DNA of 64,000 bases from Paraphysomonas bandaiensis (GCA_965644295.1 CBFFRP010000445.1:62001-126000), one strand, 5' to 3'. Counted from the first letter of the stretch, positions 47,198 through 64,000 are shown. Notes: generated by a model not told the origin, from the sequence alone. A program made the numbers and translations.

Positions 47198-48620
47198 CAG
47201 GGCCTGGTAGCCGTTAATGACCCATTAATGGTAGTCCAGTTCCCGGCAATTATAATGGCATTAATACCTACTAACTTAAAGTAGATAATATTGCCCTTAA
47301 TTACTAATTTTTAATTAAATAGCAGACTACGAATTGTAACTACCTCTCGCTCTCTACTGGCACATCAGAGTCTTCTTGCAGGGCTTCGTGGAGGGTATAT
47401 CAGCTCGTAGGATAGCAACGATTCTAGACAATATAGATTCATGTTTCTACGTTCAGGTGTGATTATCAACCTTTGGCACGACTAAAGAGCCTCTTAATAA
47501 CATTAGATTGTGCTTCTAATGAAGCAAGCAGCGGTAGTTGAACTCATAGATACCAAGTTGAGCTGAGCTCTCTTGGTGACCTCGGAGCTGTCCAGAATAC
47601 GCTGTGCTAAATCTGTTCCTTCACTCTCGTCCTCGTTATTTCTGTCGGGTGCATCAACATAAACGGATGAATCCAGTTGCAGATGTCTAACTAACTGTTC
47701 ATCTCTCATTGCGTGTCAACTCTCTTTCATCGTTTTCTTGAATTTTAGCCACTTCCTTCTTCACAAAAATTGCACTGACAACAATGCTTGCGTTCAGGAA
47801 AAGCTATATATTGAAAGTCTTATTATTAGCAATAGACGTTAAAAACCTGCACCTAAATAATTGCGCTAGACAAACTAGTTAGACGTCTACCCCTGTAGCT
47901 AATCAGTACGCACTTTTTTTATCCTACAATTTATCGCTACGGAAGCTGCTTGTGCGTCGCCGCTTTGAGTTCTTAAGGTGAACATCTCGGATGCTTGACT
48001 TCAGCAGGCAGCCCAATACCCCGGTTACCCTTCAGGTGGGCCCTGTCCCGGATACCCTTGAGGTGGGCCCATTTCCGGATGCCTGTTTATTCGTCAAGGC
48101 CCAAAGACGTCTACACAAGTGACACTACTTATTGGTGTCCCTTGTACCATACAAGCATTCGGCTATGAGTGGGCAGAACATTATTTGCTAACTATGTTTG
48201 CGGCTCACGTTAGTTTCCCAGAGAGAATCTCTCCGGTACTTATCCCCCATAACACCACGAAAAGGTGCGAGTCCGACTTTGTTGAGGGAGGGAAAGGTAT
48301 GGATGCAGCTCTGGAAATTCTTGAAGCAGTATATCTAATAACTGGCGGGCTTGGTACAAATTGGTTCCATCTCTTTGTAATTTGTAAGGCGAGTGTAACA
48401 CTCTATAAGTATTGTTTCAGCTTTCAAAAATTCGCTGGAATTAGAATCTGGAGTAAGGAGATACTTTCTTCCTTATAAGAGACAATAAATTGTCCCCGTG
48501 AAGTCTTTCATATCCCAAAATTCTCTCGAGTTCTTCTTGTTTGGCGCCCTTCATGGCTATATGATTCACACAAGTCGTGTAACCTCGCTGTATATCTTGT
48601 TTGCGGCGATCATTGTACAA
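47198..48620 (-). mobile_element. Decayed hAT transposon, interrupted by family B copy 2
   Basis: Relic peptides SVTLALQ..NLYQARQLLDILLQEFPELHPYL, NASIVVS..VAKIQEN..LTRNE and SNVIKRLFSRAK.IITPERRNM. Terminus-like CAGGGCCTGGTAGCCGTTAA at 47198. Confidence 0.72.
47808..48288 (-). mobile_element. Family B retroelement, copy 2
   Basis: Colinear with 24094-24562 and has the same two ends. Decayed TSD AGGAAAAGCTAT / AGGGAAAGGTAT. Confidence 0.82.
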
Positions 48621-49314
48621 CGAACAAATATTAGCGATTCGCTAGTATTGGCGTTTGTTTGCAACTAATTGAAGATTGAAGCAGGCTGCAGTTTATTATA
48701 ATAGCAGTTAGTATTTGCTGTCCAAATTTCCAATAACGGACAATTAATAGAAAAGCAGCCCTGACGCACATACAACACATCCGTGCAATAGTGTATATCA
48801 AACGAACACAGTTAACACTAATAAATTTCATTAGTACATTTGAGGACATCCAAGCATTGAATTGCAGGAAAGCGCTAGTGGTTATAAGCAGTAGATAATC
48901 CAACAAACACATATACTACTTGCCATGGGCTCCCTCACATATAGGTAGCCCACAAGAGTAACTTATAATGATTCTAAACCCCGTACTACAATCTTTGATC
49001 AATGCTCTGTAAGAAACATAACCTCTCTGCTAACTAATACGTACTGCTACATTGACACTGTGATAATACGTTTTACCAGACTGCATGCACCAGTGACAAC
49101 CACAATATGGGCACTACTTCTTGGAGCGACTGAAGAAGTTCTTCGATGCCTTCTTTTTCTCCTGGGATGCTCCTTCACTGATAGAAAGTTTTGCATCTAT
49201 AGAACATAAATACGTTTTAAAAAGAATGCACAGAATTGTGTCATACGAAATTGCAATATATACGATGTACTACTGTACTTTACAAATGTTCACAGTCGTA
49301 ACAGACCTGCATCA

Positions 49315-52275
<2,961 letters not shown>

Positions 52276-53942
52276 ATTACTATGTATAATACAGATGAGT
52301 AATTCACGTACTCTATAAACTAAAATGAAGTGAGATGAAGTGAGATGATATGAAGTGACTGTTAACTGATTTTAGTATATAAAAGTAACGTAACCAGTAA
52401 CAAAAAAAATGCATCAGATATCATAATTTTTAGTTATACTTGACGGTTGATGGTATCTTCAACGGACACTTTTTTCAGTATAGTATTCTACACAGGGTAT
52501 ACCAATAGAGCGTGGATAGGACAGGCAGGATATGGCATTACAGGGCAGGATGGGGCAGGTGCACCTCCATATCTTCCCAGTCGAATATATACAGTACATC
52601 TATACTACTCTTTTGCTTATATCACTCTATCCGTCAACTCAACGAACATCTTCACAGAATTGAAAACATGTAATTCGTCTTACCATGCATCTGTGGCCAA
52701 TAGATGGACAGCAGCAGTCAGAGCATACACTACACATTAATACGAGATACCTGTGCACATACCACAGAAAGAAGTCACTATATGTACTTTAGCGACTCTG
52801 TTACACAACCCTGTCGACCCATATAGTGATTGGGTTAGAAGAACTGTTAATTAATTGATATTGAGATGCACTTTGCTTATTTTATATCAAGAAGGAGTTG
52901 CAAGATACATCTCATAGTATGATTAAGAGAATTAATAGGATCGTTGGAAAACTATAAGGACTCGATTAGCCAGAGCAATATAGTTGTGTATTTGCATGAG
53001 TTGTTGTTCAGTTACTATTTACTTTAATCCATGCCTTTGTCAATTTCGGGTATAAACCAGAACATTAATACTAGTGCTTTGCATCTATATAACTCATTGT
53101 TTTCATGAATAATTTTGTAGCCTAAAAATTAATAGATCATCCGCAGTTGTCAACACAATAAAAATCATTTCAAGGAATACAGTTGGCATAGGTGATACGA
53201 GCAGTGAAGGTGATTCTCCAATAACCATCGTCACGAAAGTATCAACCGTACAACTAATGCTGTTAGTAGTGTGTGAAAGATAGCAGTGACTTCCAAAACT
53301 GGCGCTCAAGTTGAAATGCGATTTTATCCATACCCAAAACAACCTTTCAGCGATTGCCATAATGACAGGCGTCAACCAACCAACCGTATCAACATCTGTA
53401 TCCATATGAGTGTATTGTAGGAAATCGATAAAGAATATAGAATGCAGTAGTATTCAACCGACACTAAGTTAGCCTTATATTCAAATAAAGGTTTTTTAGC
53501 ACACTCACAGCAAGATTCTGTGGAGAAAGTGAGAACCTTCAGGTCTACAGCTACACGGGCCTTGTCACTTCCCGTTCCCTGTCCCCATATTTGTTGTTGC
53601 TGGGTTATGTGGCATAAGTTTCCGGTTTACTTTTTCTTACTGCTCTACTCGCTGAACTATATTTGTAGCTACAACGAAGTATATGCAAGCAAAATGCCTG
53701 ATTAGGCTTTACTGAAAATTGACGAGGTTGAATCATTCATTGTTTTGGGTCCTAACAACAAGCATTGCTTTCATTATGACTTTATAGTTGCATTATTGTA
53801 ACATTTTAGATTATAATTTCATATCTACCTCTAGAAGATATAATACCTCATCTTGACAAAATACCACAGAAATTTCAATCACATTATTACGAGTAAATGC
53901 ATTCTTTTATAACTGTACTACCCTACTGAATGTACTGACTGC

Positions 53943-54444
53943 CTAATGAGTGAGGGGCTTCAGCGGCGCTGCTTTCACTTCACTGAGATCCATTCTCGAA
54001 TCTATATCTTCATCTAACTCTCCAACCACAGCACTGTATGAAAACCGGTATTAGCACATATCATTATAGAAAATTCCCAGAAATAAGACGATATAAATTC
54101 AATACAATAGTATATGATATCTAACTTACATATTGTCTCCTCTGACAACATATAGACCCAACACGACCTGCTCTACTCCCGCAGAAGAAGAAAAGACTCT
54201 CTCATGAGACTCTTCCAATACAATATTAACCGTTTGGTCGAATCCGCGCAATATACCCTATAAACAAACTCATATATGAGCAAACCCAAACTAATTATTT
54301 CAGTAGTGCTCTTACCACAATATTTCTGCCGTCATTAGTAATAACTGTGATGGTTTCTGTGCAGATCATAAGAAGTTAATATACATGCTAAAGCATGCAG
54401 ATAATACACGTATACTCACTGTTAATCCACTCCTGGAGAGCCAT
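53943..54444 (-). CDS. LSM8: U6 snRNA-associated Sm-like protein LSm8, 4 exons (missed by the ORF track)
   Basis: Spliced product MALQEWINKTITVITNDGRNIVGILRGFDQTVNIVLEESHERVFS...LGLYVVRGDNIAVVGELDEDID...PLKPLTH*. Confidence 0.93.
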
Positions 54445-54548
54445 TGTGATCCACTAGATGCAGTGTGTAGCAGGTGCGGTGATTTATATATAAGGATTAT
54501 AAATGTGCTGTAAGTATAGACCACTACCAGTGTTAAAGTAATGCTCTG

Positions 54549-54740
54549 CATGTATGTATGCATGTATGTATGTATGTATGTATGTATGTATGTATGTATG
54601 TATGTATGTATGTATGTATGTATGTATGTATGTATGTATGTATGTATGTATGTATGTATGTATGTATGTATGTATGTATGTATGTATGTATGTATGTATG
54701 TATGTATGTAGGTAGGTAGGTAGGTAGGTATGTATGTATG

Positions 54741-54774
<34 letters not shown>

Positions 54775-56042
54775 GGTAGGTAGGTAGGTAGGTAGGTAGG
54801 TAGGTAGGTATGTAGGTATGTATGTATGTATGTATGTATGTATGTATGTATGTATGTATGTATGTATGTATGTATGTATGTATGTATGTATGTATGTATG
54901 TATGTATGTATGTATGTATGTATGTATGTATGTATGTATGTATGTATGTATGTATGTATGAATGTATGTATGTATGTATGTATGTATGTATGTATGTATG
55001 TATGTATGTATGTATGTATGTATGTATGTATGTAGGTAGGTAGGTAGGTAGGTAGGTAGGTAGGTATGTATGTATGTATGTATGTATGTATGTATGTATG
55101 TATGTATGTATGTATGTAGGTAGGTAGGTAGGTAGGTAGGTAGGTAGGTAGGTATGTATGTATGTATGTAGGTATGTATGTATGTATGAATGTATGTAGG
55201 TATGTATGTATGTAGGTATGTATGTATGAATGTATGTATGTATGTATGTATGTATGTATGTATGTATGTATGTATGTATGTATGTATGTATGTATGTATG
55301 TAGGTAGGTAGGTAGGTAGGTAGGTAGGTAGGTAGGTAGGTAGGTATGTATGTAGGTATGTATGTATGTATGTATGTATGTATGTATGTATGTATGTATG
55401 TATGTATGTATGTATGTATGTAGGTAGGTAGGTAGGTAGGTAGGTAGGTAGGTAGGTAGGTAGGTAGGTAGGTAGGTATGTATGTATGTATGTAGGTATG
55501 TATGTATGTATGTATGTATGTATGTATGTATGTATGTATGTATGTATGTATGTATGTATGTATGTATGTATGTATGTATGTATGTATGTATGTATGTATG
55601 TATGTATGTATGAATGTATGTAGGTATGTATGTATGTAGGTATGTATGTATGTATGTATGTATGTATGTATGTATGTATGTATGTATGTATGTATGTATG
55701 TATGTATGTATGTAGGTAGGTAGGTAGGTAGGTAGGTAGGTAGGTAGGTAGGTAGGTAGGTAGGTATGTATGTATGTATGTAGGTATGTATGTATGTATG
55801 TATGTATGTATGTATGTATGTATGTATGTATGTATGTATGTATGTATGTATGTATGTATGTATGTATGTATGTATGTATGTATGTATGTATGTATGAATG
55901 TATGTAGGTATATATGTATGTAGGTATGTATGTATGTATGTATGTATGTAGGTATGTATGTATGTAGGTATGTATGTATGTATGTATGTATGTATGTATG
56001 TAGGTATGTATGTATGTATGTATGTATGTATGTATGTATGTA
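54549..56042. repeat. 1.5-kb compound (TATG)n/(TAGG)n microsatellite
   Basis: Read directly. Confidence 0.98.
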
Positions 56043-57774
56043 CACTGTACCATGTGAAACTTTACTGGTTTTTAGGGCTAATAAAACCCCAGCTAAATTT
56101 CAGCTTCATGTAAAAATGTGTACTTTTCTGTTCGAAAACCCTGCAAAGTGCCGTAGACAACGATACTTGTATGTGCATCTTCTGCTCGATCATGCTATGA
56201 GTATGAGTAACATAAACGACACACATCCACACACAGACACTCCAAAATGGTTTGAACCACCCCTTAAATGAAGAGGAAGAGGTCATAGAACCCCATCCTG
56301 GATACTCTAGAGTACACACAGGCTTTAAGCGTGCTGTCTGTCCGCTGCATCAGATGCATGTAACTCATACTTAGAAACCATCTGCACATGATGACATGAG
56401 GGGTCATGACCAGACATAAGCGAACTGGTAATCATCCCCTTATCACATATCTACGAGTGTTAACCTAAGATCGATTGATAGAACTAGAGATGCTTGTGAT
56501 GGGGGGGTCATACACAGGCATGTGTCAACTACATCGTATGCTGTACAGAGCTCTAGGCCACTGGAACACCACCCCGTATAGCCACTGCTTCACAGATAAA
56601 TGCTTATAGAGATCGATCTCAGAGTATGGCATTACGAAATTATTACATTGGAAACTTCCTGGTTGCGTATTGATAAACACTTACTTCTCATTGGAAAAGT
56701 CATTCTAGTTGCAATGTCTGAAGTTGAGTGAGATATCGACTGTATTGTCTGCGCACTCCATTTTTGGGAATGACGTACTTTATCGAAATTCTGACTAGTA
56801 GTACGAGTTATATCAATAAAATGTAAGCCCACATAAAGTTCTATCTACAAAAAGAATAAGTATGGCTGCAGTGTAATTACTAAGGACAAGTTTAGCACAG
56901 AACAATATCCCACTAACTATTTTAATACTAACAGTTAGCTAAGTGAAAATATCTCATTTCTACAGTATAGCCATAATGTAATTCGTATACACTAACACTT
57001 TGCGCCAATTCTACATGCATATTCTCATAAGAGCCACCCTTTTCACCCCACTCGTACTTAGTAGCCTTCATAAAGACTAAGGATTATGCCCACCCTCTCT
57101 CCCAAAATACGTCACGTTTCTCGTAATTACGCATGGGTTATTCAAGTACTACGTAAATGTAGTTAGTAGTGAGAGCTTGCTTGGACCACACACATGAAAT
57201 TTGCCATAATTTTGACAGGAGAGTTATATTTAACCATGGTGGGTAATAAGGAGGCTATATCGTCTCGTGCTCAAAATTTTAAAATAAGGGCAAAGGGCAC
57301 CCTTATTATGTTATATACTCCTTATTCTTATCCCTAGGTCCCTGGGTTGAAGTGTAGCACCATGCTTGCTGTTCCCTGATTAACATTAAGAAAACAAATG
57401 AAAGCACATATTAGAATTAGAATTAGTGTATACTCCATACTTAGGGAATAGCAATTACATTAGATAAACAATAAATCCCCAAGACAAATTGCTTGCACTG
57501 ATATCATTATAATCTTCCGAAGGACGGAATATAACGTTTTAGTTTGATGATCTGCTTTCGAAAGTTGACTAATCATTGTGGTTTCTCTATAATAGTGTAT
57601 TATAATGAAATCACATACGCATGACTTCCAATATCATATTTCAGAGTGAAGACAGTTCTGTTCGAACCTAATATTGAAGTTGAATGTCTAATATTTTACC
57701 GGTGCTAATATGAGCGCCAATTCAGATAAAAAACACTCGTTGCTATAATTTGAGACAAAATGGGGATAAAGATA

Positions 57775-58260
57775 TATTTGCCCCATTCTGAGAGCGTACA
57801 CTAGTGAAGTGCTAGTGTTGACTAGGCTAAGTAACGTATAGATTGTTAATAAAATCTCAGCGTATACTTTGTGTGTCGGCGCCAAGCAAGCTCTAACTAG
57901 ATCTAAGATCTACACTATACTTGCATAGCTTATACTGTATCATAGAGAATCCCCTCACTTTCTAGGAGAGGGGGAACAATGTTATACTAAACATATACTG
58001 TGTCATGCAAGGTCACGAGAAGCCCCGCGAAATCTTTGTTAGGTAATGGGAACGTAAACATAGTCTTACTAGAATCTGCGAGAATTATATATATGAGAAA
58101 TCCCGCGAAATCTTAGCAAAGGTGTCCACGGGTGGGGTGGCAATAGAATCTGCGCGTGATCTATGCGGTCAGCTACGTTGGTACACGGGTAGGAGGGTGG
58201 TATAATCAGTGCTATATCTCGGTGTTATAGGTGGTATACCAGCGAGCCTACACTATGGCC
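57775..58260. mobile_element. Dispersed repeat family A, uninterrupted copy
   Basis: Homologous to 23870-24848 without the family B insert. The GCCCCATTCTGAG motif also occurs inverted at ~15305-15325. Confidence 0.75.
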
Positions 58261-58568
58261 AGGCCCTCAGAACAGGATAACAACCATATAGACATCAATT
58301 ATGAACCACTAATATGGAAAGTATTTATAAAGTAAAACAGTTGATTAGAATTAGCTTCACAAGCAACGTACACACTTCAAATAAACTATTCAACAATGTA
58401 ATAAGTAACAATTCGCAAAAGAAAAAGACTCTAATATATTGATTGTATATCGATGAACTGTTAAAATACAGAATTGTTTATATCATAATATATCACAGTG
58501 ATCGCACAAATATTAACACAGTGGCATTTCATATCTTATTCATGTATGTAAGTAATGGAGACAGTTAA

Positions 58569-58952
58569 TCACTTTTGTTTTCGACCACATTCGCGTTGAC
58601 GAAAGGAATGATTCTTTCTGGACCCCAACATTTCATTTAATAGCAAGGAGGCACGGGACACAGCATGTGACCCTATCTTAACGGACGACCTCAGAGCAAA
58701 CCTAGTAGAGTCTTTCACCACATCTCCGCATGTTGTTAGATACTCATTCTTTGATAACTGATGTGTTTTCTCCTCTATCATTCTCCAGGCACTTATTGGT
58801 TTCTTTGCATATACATAATTCGAGTACTCGTCGTTGTTTATGGGGTCCCATTCGTCCTCTTCAGTGTGTAGTAACTCAACCTCATCACTATCATGAATGG
58901 GGTACACACAATCATCAGTTGAATCCATTTCAGATGTGTATATGACATCCAT
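58569..58952 (-). CDS. Hypothetical protein (~127 aa)
   Basis: Non-repetitive ORF with an acidic N-half and basic C-half. No recognised domain. Confidence 0.4.
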   Translation of the reverse strand: MDVIYTSEMDSTDDCVYPIHDSDEVELLHTEEDEWDPINNDEYSNYVYAKKPISAWRMIEEKTHQLSKNEYLTTCGDVVKDSTRFALRSSVKIGSHAVSRASLLLNEMLGSRKNHSFRQRECGRKQK

Positions 58953-59431
58953 GTTTGTTATATGCATATGAAACACAGTGAGTGTATATATATGTGTGTA
59001 CATACATACATTCACTCACATGTACTGCTGTATGCGGTGTGATAGTTTCTCGGAACAACACTCAATTCTGTGAATTAGCTGTCCAATAAAAGAGTTAGAA
59101 TGTGTTGGATCGATATATGATTTGTTGAGATGGGTAATAGAAATGTTCCGGGATGGTTTTTAGCAAATAATATAATAGTAAAAGAGAATACTATCCAATG
59201 ATTGGTAAACTTATACACTCAGTACGCGTATTATATGCTGTCCATGTCAAGAAAACAGGGATTTTTATAAAAAACTATGAAATCTAATCTTACTTTCAAA
59301 TATTTGAAAAAGTACTGCCCGATGACATGTACCGTACTTATGTATGTGCAGGGTATGTCCAGCAGTACATCTGCGGGCAGGCAGGATCCAGCTGTGCCCT
59401 CGTCTCGTCTTGTCTCTCTATGTATATATAC

Positions 59432-60682
59432 ATGGACCATCCACGAGAGGATCACACCTCAATGACAGATCAATCCAAAGCAGATGCTGAGACACTCTTG
59501 TCAGCTGCGGATACAATAAAAGATGAAGCGAAACGATCGCAGATTACACACATACTAAACCGACAGTATCGCACCGAATCCAACATGCTGAGGTACACAC
59601 ACGTATATGCATCGTATGAGGGGCTGATCGTGTGTCAGATTGGCTTATTGTTTAAGCACAAAGTATCCAGATACTGATATGACGTATGCTGAAGTGTTAA
59701 TAGCCGACAGAGACGTGTGTGATAAGCCTCCTACAGCTACAGGTACATACAGTGATACACATACAGCGATACACACTCTTATGTTTGATTGTTAGATCAA
59801 TCAACACGTAATTTAACGAAATGTTTGAAGAAATTAATGCCTATTCTTAAGGATCCCACTGTTACATTTGATCAATATGAGGAAGATCATCAGTGGAGCA
59901 TTAACATGAGAAGAGATGCGGTCTCTAAAGGGGGAGTTACCTTTCCTGATAAGATGATGTCCCCTAATAATGTATATGTTAATACGGATGCAAACAAACC
60001 TCTTCGTGGATTAACTAAACTATGGAAGAGTCTTCGTGCAGACATCTCTTTGATCAAGAGAACACTAACAGCATCTGATGGAGACTTATGCGTATGGTCT
60101 TATAGGTGTTTCGATAAGAAGAATCATCATGCAGCATGTGCTGCGATATCTCTCTATGATGACATTATACAGCCTACAGAGGGTCCCCTCCAAACAAATG
60201 CCATCTGCTCTTGTGATGAAAAACTGAAGTCGCTTGCTACGCTTCACAACTTTCAGCGACGTAGCGCTCTCAACGATTTCGTGGGTGGCACCGGAGAATG
60301 TGAAGTTCACCGCGGTCTAATAACGAAATCAATATTACTCATAAATCAGGCGACTTTGCTTTCCAGAGTTTCTTTTTTTTCCACAGAAGAGAGAGAACAG
60401 ATTGAGCGGAAAATATGGGTCGAAATGCTTGATCTTGTGAACTCGCAGTCTATAATTTCGAAGTCCTCATGTAAACCACCTACCCTGTGTACAAATCTCA
60501 CGGGTCACTCAAGGCGATGTCACAAGCGCAGGAGGGAATCCATCAGTGGTAGTGAAAGCGATTCTAGTTTGGATAGTTCGTACAAGCGAACCGGAAAGGT
60601 AGTTGTGGATGCACGTACTGATACATCTGTTCGCGAGGAGCCCAACAGTACCTCATACAAATTACATTCCGATGACGAGTAG
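59432..60682 (+). CDS. Hypothetical protein, ~3 exons; start uncertain
   Basis: 297-aa terminal ORF plus upstream exons linked by short GT-AG introns (~59593-59638, ~59743-59795). Confidence 0.6.
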
Positions 60683-61163
60683 TAGTCCAAATAAAAAAAG
60701 AAATAAAACCTTATTATATTAACCATTAAGTTTGATATGCTGCAGCTCTTCTTCCACGAGCTGTATTTCGTTTAGCACCAGTGGCCAGTAAATCTGTTGC
60801 AAGTCTATCTCTTACACGTAAAGCTACACGACTAAATAATTCGCATTTATTTTGGGCAATCTGTAATGTTGTATTAAATATTAAAGCCCTGCGTTCTGCG
60901 TTCTGTAGCTGTTGGCACGTAGCCTATCTTTCGGTACTACATCATTCCTATGACAGCCACGTCGGAATGGACGACGACAACACAGATGTTCGAGACGAAC
61001 AGTTGTGAAAATATTAGTTATCTTTAAACTATGGTGTCTTCTTCACCCAGAAATAACACTCGCCAATCAATTTATGGTGTATCATCGATAAGGTATACCC
61101 ACCTAGTTTCATTTCTCTTTACGCTTTAAAATTAGCAGCTTTATAGAAAAGCAACATTTGAAC

Positions 61164-64000
61164 TTAGAAAATTCCCATGGAAACCCTTGCGCCCCCCTGG
61201 CGAAGGTAGGCCACAGCCAATTGAATTTCGTCACGTGTAGCTGTTCCGTTTTCGACCTTCGCAACCTGTTGGGTTAATATATCAGAACTTGTGTGGATAA
61301 AACACAGAAAAAAGAGTCAATGGAAGCATTATATAGCTCCGATTTCAAATATATATAAATGTTCATACTTACCAGATCTTGCATCTTTACATCAGCTCTG
61401 TAGTACATAATAGCACGCTCTGCCAGCTTGCTGGCGGGTTGGCTTTCAACTACAAATACATGTATCATTATTATTCAAGAGTGAAAACGGGGGTTATGAA
61501 CACTTTATGCCAGAATATATAAAGGAATGCATGATGTGCAGCTTACCAAGGTGAATGCCTTCTTGGTAGACCATCATGGACGCCAGAGATGAAGCGATCG
61601 AGTTCTTTAGGTACTGTAATGGCATTCTTTCTCTTGCTCTGTCCCAAGCAATTTCAGCCAGCTTTGGTGGCAAGTTCTTCCTGCAAACAGCAATAAGCAC
61701 TGACAATTGTATGTCAATTTCAATATCACTGCATACCTCACAAGAGGTAGCAGTTCCTCGAACAATGGGTCTCCTAAAGACTTGTCGTTGAGTTCATCAA
61801 TAAGAGCATCGGTCACCCTGTTGATGCACCCACTGATACGTTCGGAGAAGTGAGGAAGATTGCCTACATATCACAAGTCGATTAAAATTAAGCACGGCAG
61901 ATACGAGTAGACAGGGATATAAGCAAGTGTACCTGGAAAATTCTTATAGAGTGTAAACATGAGTTTAGCCTCCGCCTCAGCAATCTTCCTAAGGTGAGCC
62001 AACACGTCATGTACTAAGGCGTCCTTGTTTTCAATGAACTCTTCCTTTGATAGCAGCATGGAACAGGCGATCTCGCACGACGACGTCACAACACCACACT
62101 AGAAGATACAGGGCACATTAGTAAGTGTTCGAGTAACATAATTGTACATTTTATAAAACATGCCCCACATCATTCCCAAGATGGTAGGTATACCATAAAA
62201 ATATATGCAGCACTGAATGAGGCCATTTACTATCATATATGACGAATACGAACTCATTTTCCACTTAGTACTGACCCAAGTGGTCACGTAACTACCTTAT
62301 TAGCTGATGAATCCTTGACAATCATCACTCCAGCGTGTTTAAATAGTTCCTCTCTGGCTTCTTTGGTATTATAGATATTGGCACCCTAAAAAGCAACCAT
62401 TAGGATGATAAACACATGCATATGAATAGATAATTTCAAAATATGAAAACACTTGGCCTGAGCGTAAAAAGGCACCATACCTCCACAATGAGACGAGATG
62501 TCGGTTCACCATTTTCGTCCAAAAAGCCTCGCCAGTTCGATGAATTGATAGTGTTGGGCCGACCTGCGTAAACGTAATCACAAAAATAGATGGCAATAAA
62601 ATGAGTATAGCATTATGTAACTACTGTGGTATACATTAGTAAAATATTCCAATCACTTTCATACCTCCAGCAGGTACAAAAGCATCAGCCTTCACTCTGA
62701 ACGGCATTGTGTTCCTTCTCGCCAAACCTTCTTCACTAGCCCTGGCCTCCATTAATACCCCCTCTGCAGAGAGCTATACACGACCCATAAGAAAATTCCA
62801 TAATAATTGGTGGAAACACGCAGCTCGGATACGATGCATATAGGATACATGTCGTGTTACCACCTTAGCTGGGTTGAAATGTATGATACTCTTGCTCTCT
62901 TCGACAAGTCGCAAGAGTTCTTCGCTGTTGAGGCCACTCGGATCCTCAGCAACACCATCCACGTCAGATATACCAACAATCCTTGCGTTGTCACCATACT
63001 CTCTGCAATTAATATTAATGACAATATGCAGCAGCAAACGTGGCGTATAATCCAAAGCTAAAAGTACTCAATGTAAAAATCCATCACCATTATACCTGAA
63101 CAGAATTTTTAAAAGATTTCCCGCGACGTCGCCATCAGGACCTCCAGTAACCTTAACAGTGAAAGGCATAGTTCTGGGGTCAATTCCAAGAGACTCCCTG
63201 AGTGCCACGTCTAGGAAGACGACAACGCCTTCAGAGGTAACACCATACTGTTTGTGGTTGAATCCAGCCTCTATTGTCGAAATTATTATTAGATGTATAA
63301 TAGCACTAATTCATTTGACATATAAGTCAATTACTCAGTACAAGTCACATATATAGTCGTAACCATGAAAGGTGCAACACCTTTCTTCGAGCTCATGAAG
63401 GCAGGGGGGATGTTGTAACCACGTCTAGCAGCCCGCCCTACAATCCAGTCGATATCAGCCGGGATGACCTATATATGCCCCATTAAAAGTATCCTACTGA
63501 CACGTATATATTGCACATGTATAGGGCAGCATATGCTTTAACGTTCAAGTGATACACTGAGCTACGAAGCCTATACATCAGTACATATCACAAATGATAC
63601 CTGCTCATCTGGTCCAAGAAATATAACTTCATCCTCTCCATATCTGTCTACCACAGTTCTGTAGAACCTCTCGTCTCGGACAGTCAGGTCCAAGATACTG
63701 TCCACAAATGCCTGTAAGATTGCAACAAATCGTTAAGTCAGCGATATGCACTACAGTATCAATACTTACTCGGACAGACTTTCTCTTGAGGAACTCATGA
63801 TGTTTCTTTTTGACGTTAGGGGAGTCCACAAGAACAACAGCCTTGGCTCCGCCCTCAGGAATATCCTGCCCATTTTAAATAGCAGTGTTACACTTTCACA
63901 CAGCAATGTGTGTTACTCCATATGCTACAAGCAAGACATTGCACAGTCAAAGTTTACTGCTTACTAATACTACATTACAGCATTCACGTTTAGCACACCT
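61164..64000 (-). CDS. NAD-specific glutamate dehydrogenase (large GDH2 type), 3' part; continues beyond the window
   Basis: IFLGPDE, AFMSSKK, GFNHKQYGVTSEGV, TGGPDGDVAGN, DAFVPAGG, KDSSANK and GVVTSSCEI over many short introns. Ends ...GGARVSMGIF*. Confidence 0.93.

Noticed and set aside
53103-53405. 100-aa ORF that might be a gene or transposase relic
   Set aside because: No motif could be supported by eye.

Overview
Intron-rich eukaryotic DNA (GT-AG introns, many only 45-100 nt). Gene content (eEF3, CDPK, large NAD-GDH, RSPH14, fungal-style NDUFS5) suggests a flagellated stramenopile; this taxonomy is inference. Recognisable genes: two YrhK-like membrane protein copies in a ~3 kb palindrome, tRNA-Ser(GCU), a mitochondrial carrier, intronless eEF3, a Sen1/Upf1-like SF1B helicase plus a scrambled inverted pseudo-copy, cyclophilin, a P2B Ca2+-ATPase, an ankyrin protein, RSPH14, an SLC35F5-like transporter, NDUFS5, a CHORD protein, CDPK, LSm8, two orphans and the 3' part of NAD-GDH. 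The first ~27 kb is heavily rearranged and TE-rich. It holds two inverted duplications, a Tourist-like MITE (TAA TSD), a decayed two-gene PIF/Harbinger, a hAT element (8-bp TSD), a 5'-truncated LINE (16-bp TSD), and one copy of a ~470-bp non-autonomous retroelement that shares the LINE 3' end (second copy at ~48 kb). Long (TATG)n/(TAGG)n arrays sit in promoters and 5' introns. I found no CRISPR array or prokaryote-type system. The best novelty candidates are the short-element/LINE pair, the inverted duplication joining a helicase pseudogene to antisense eEF3 sequence, and the near-identical gene palindrome. All alignments and splice models were made by eye.
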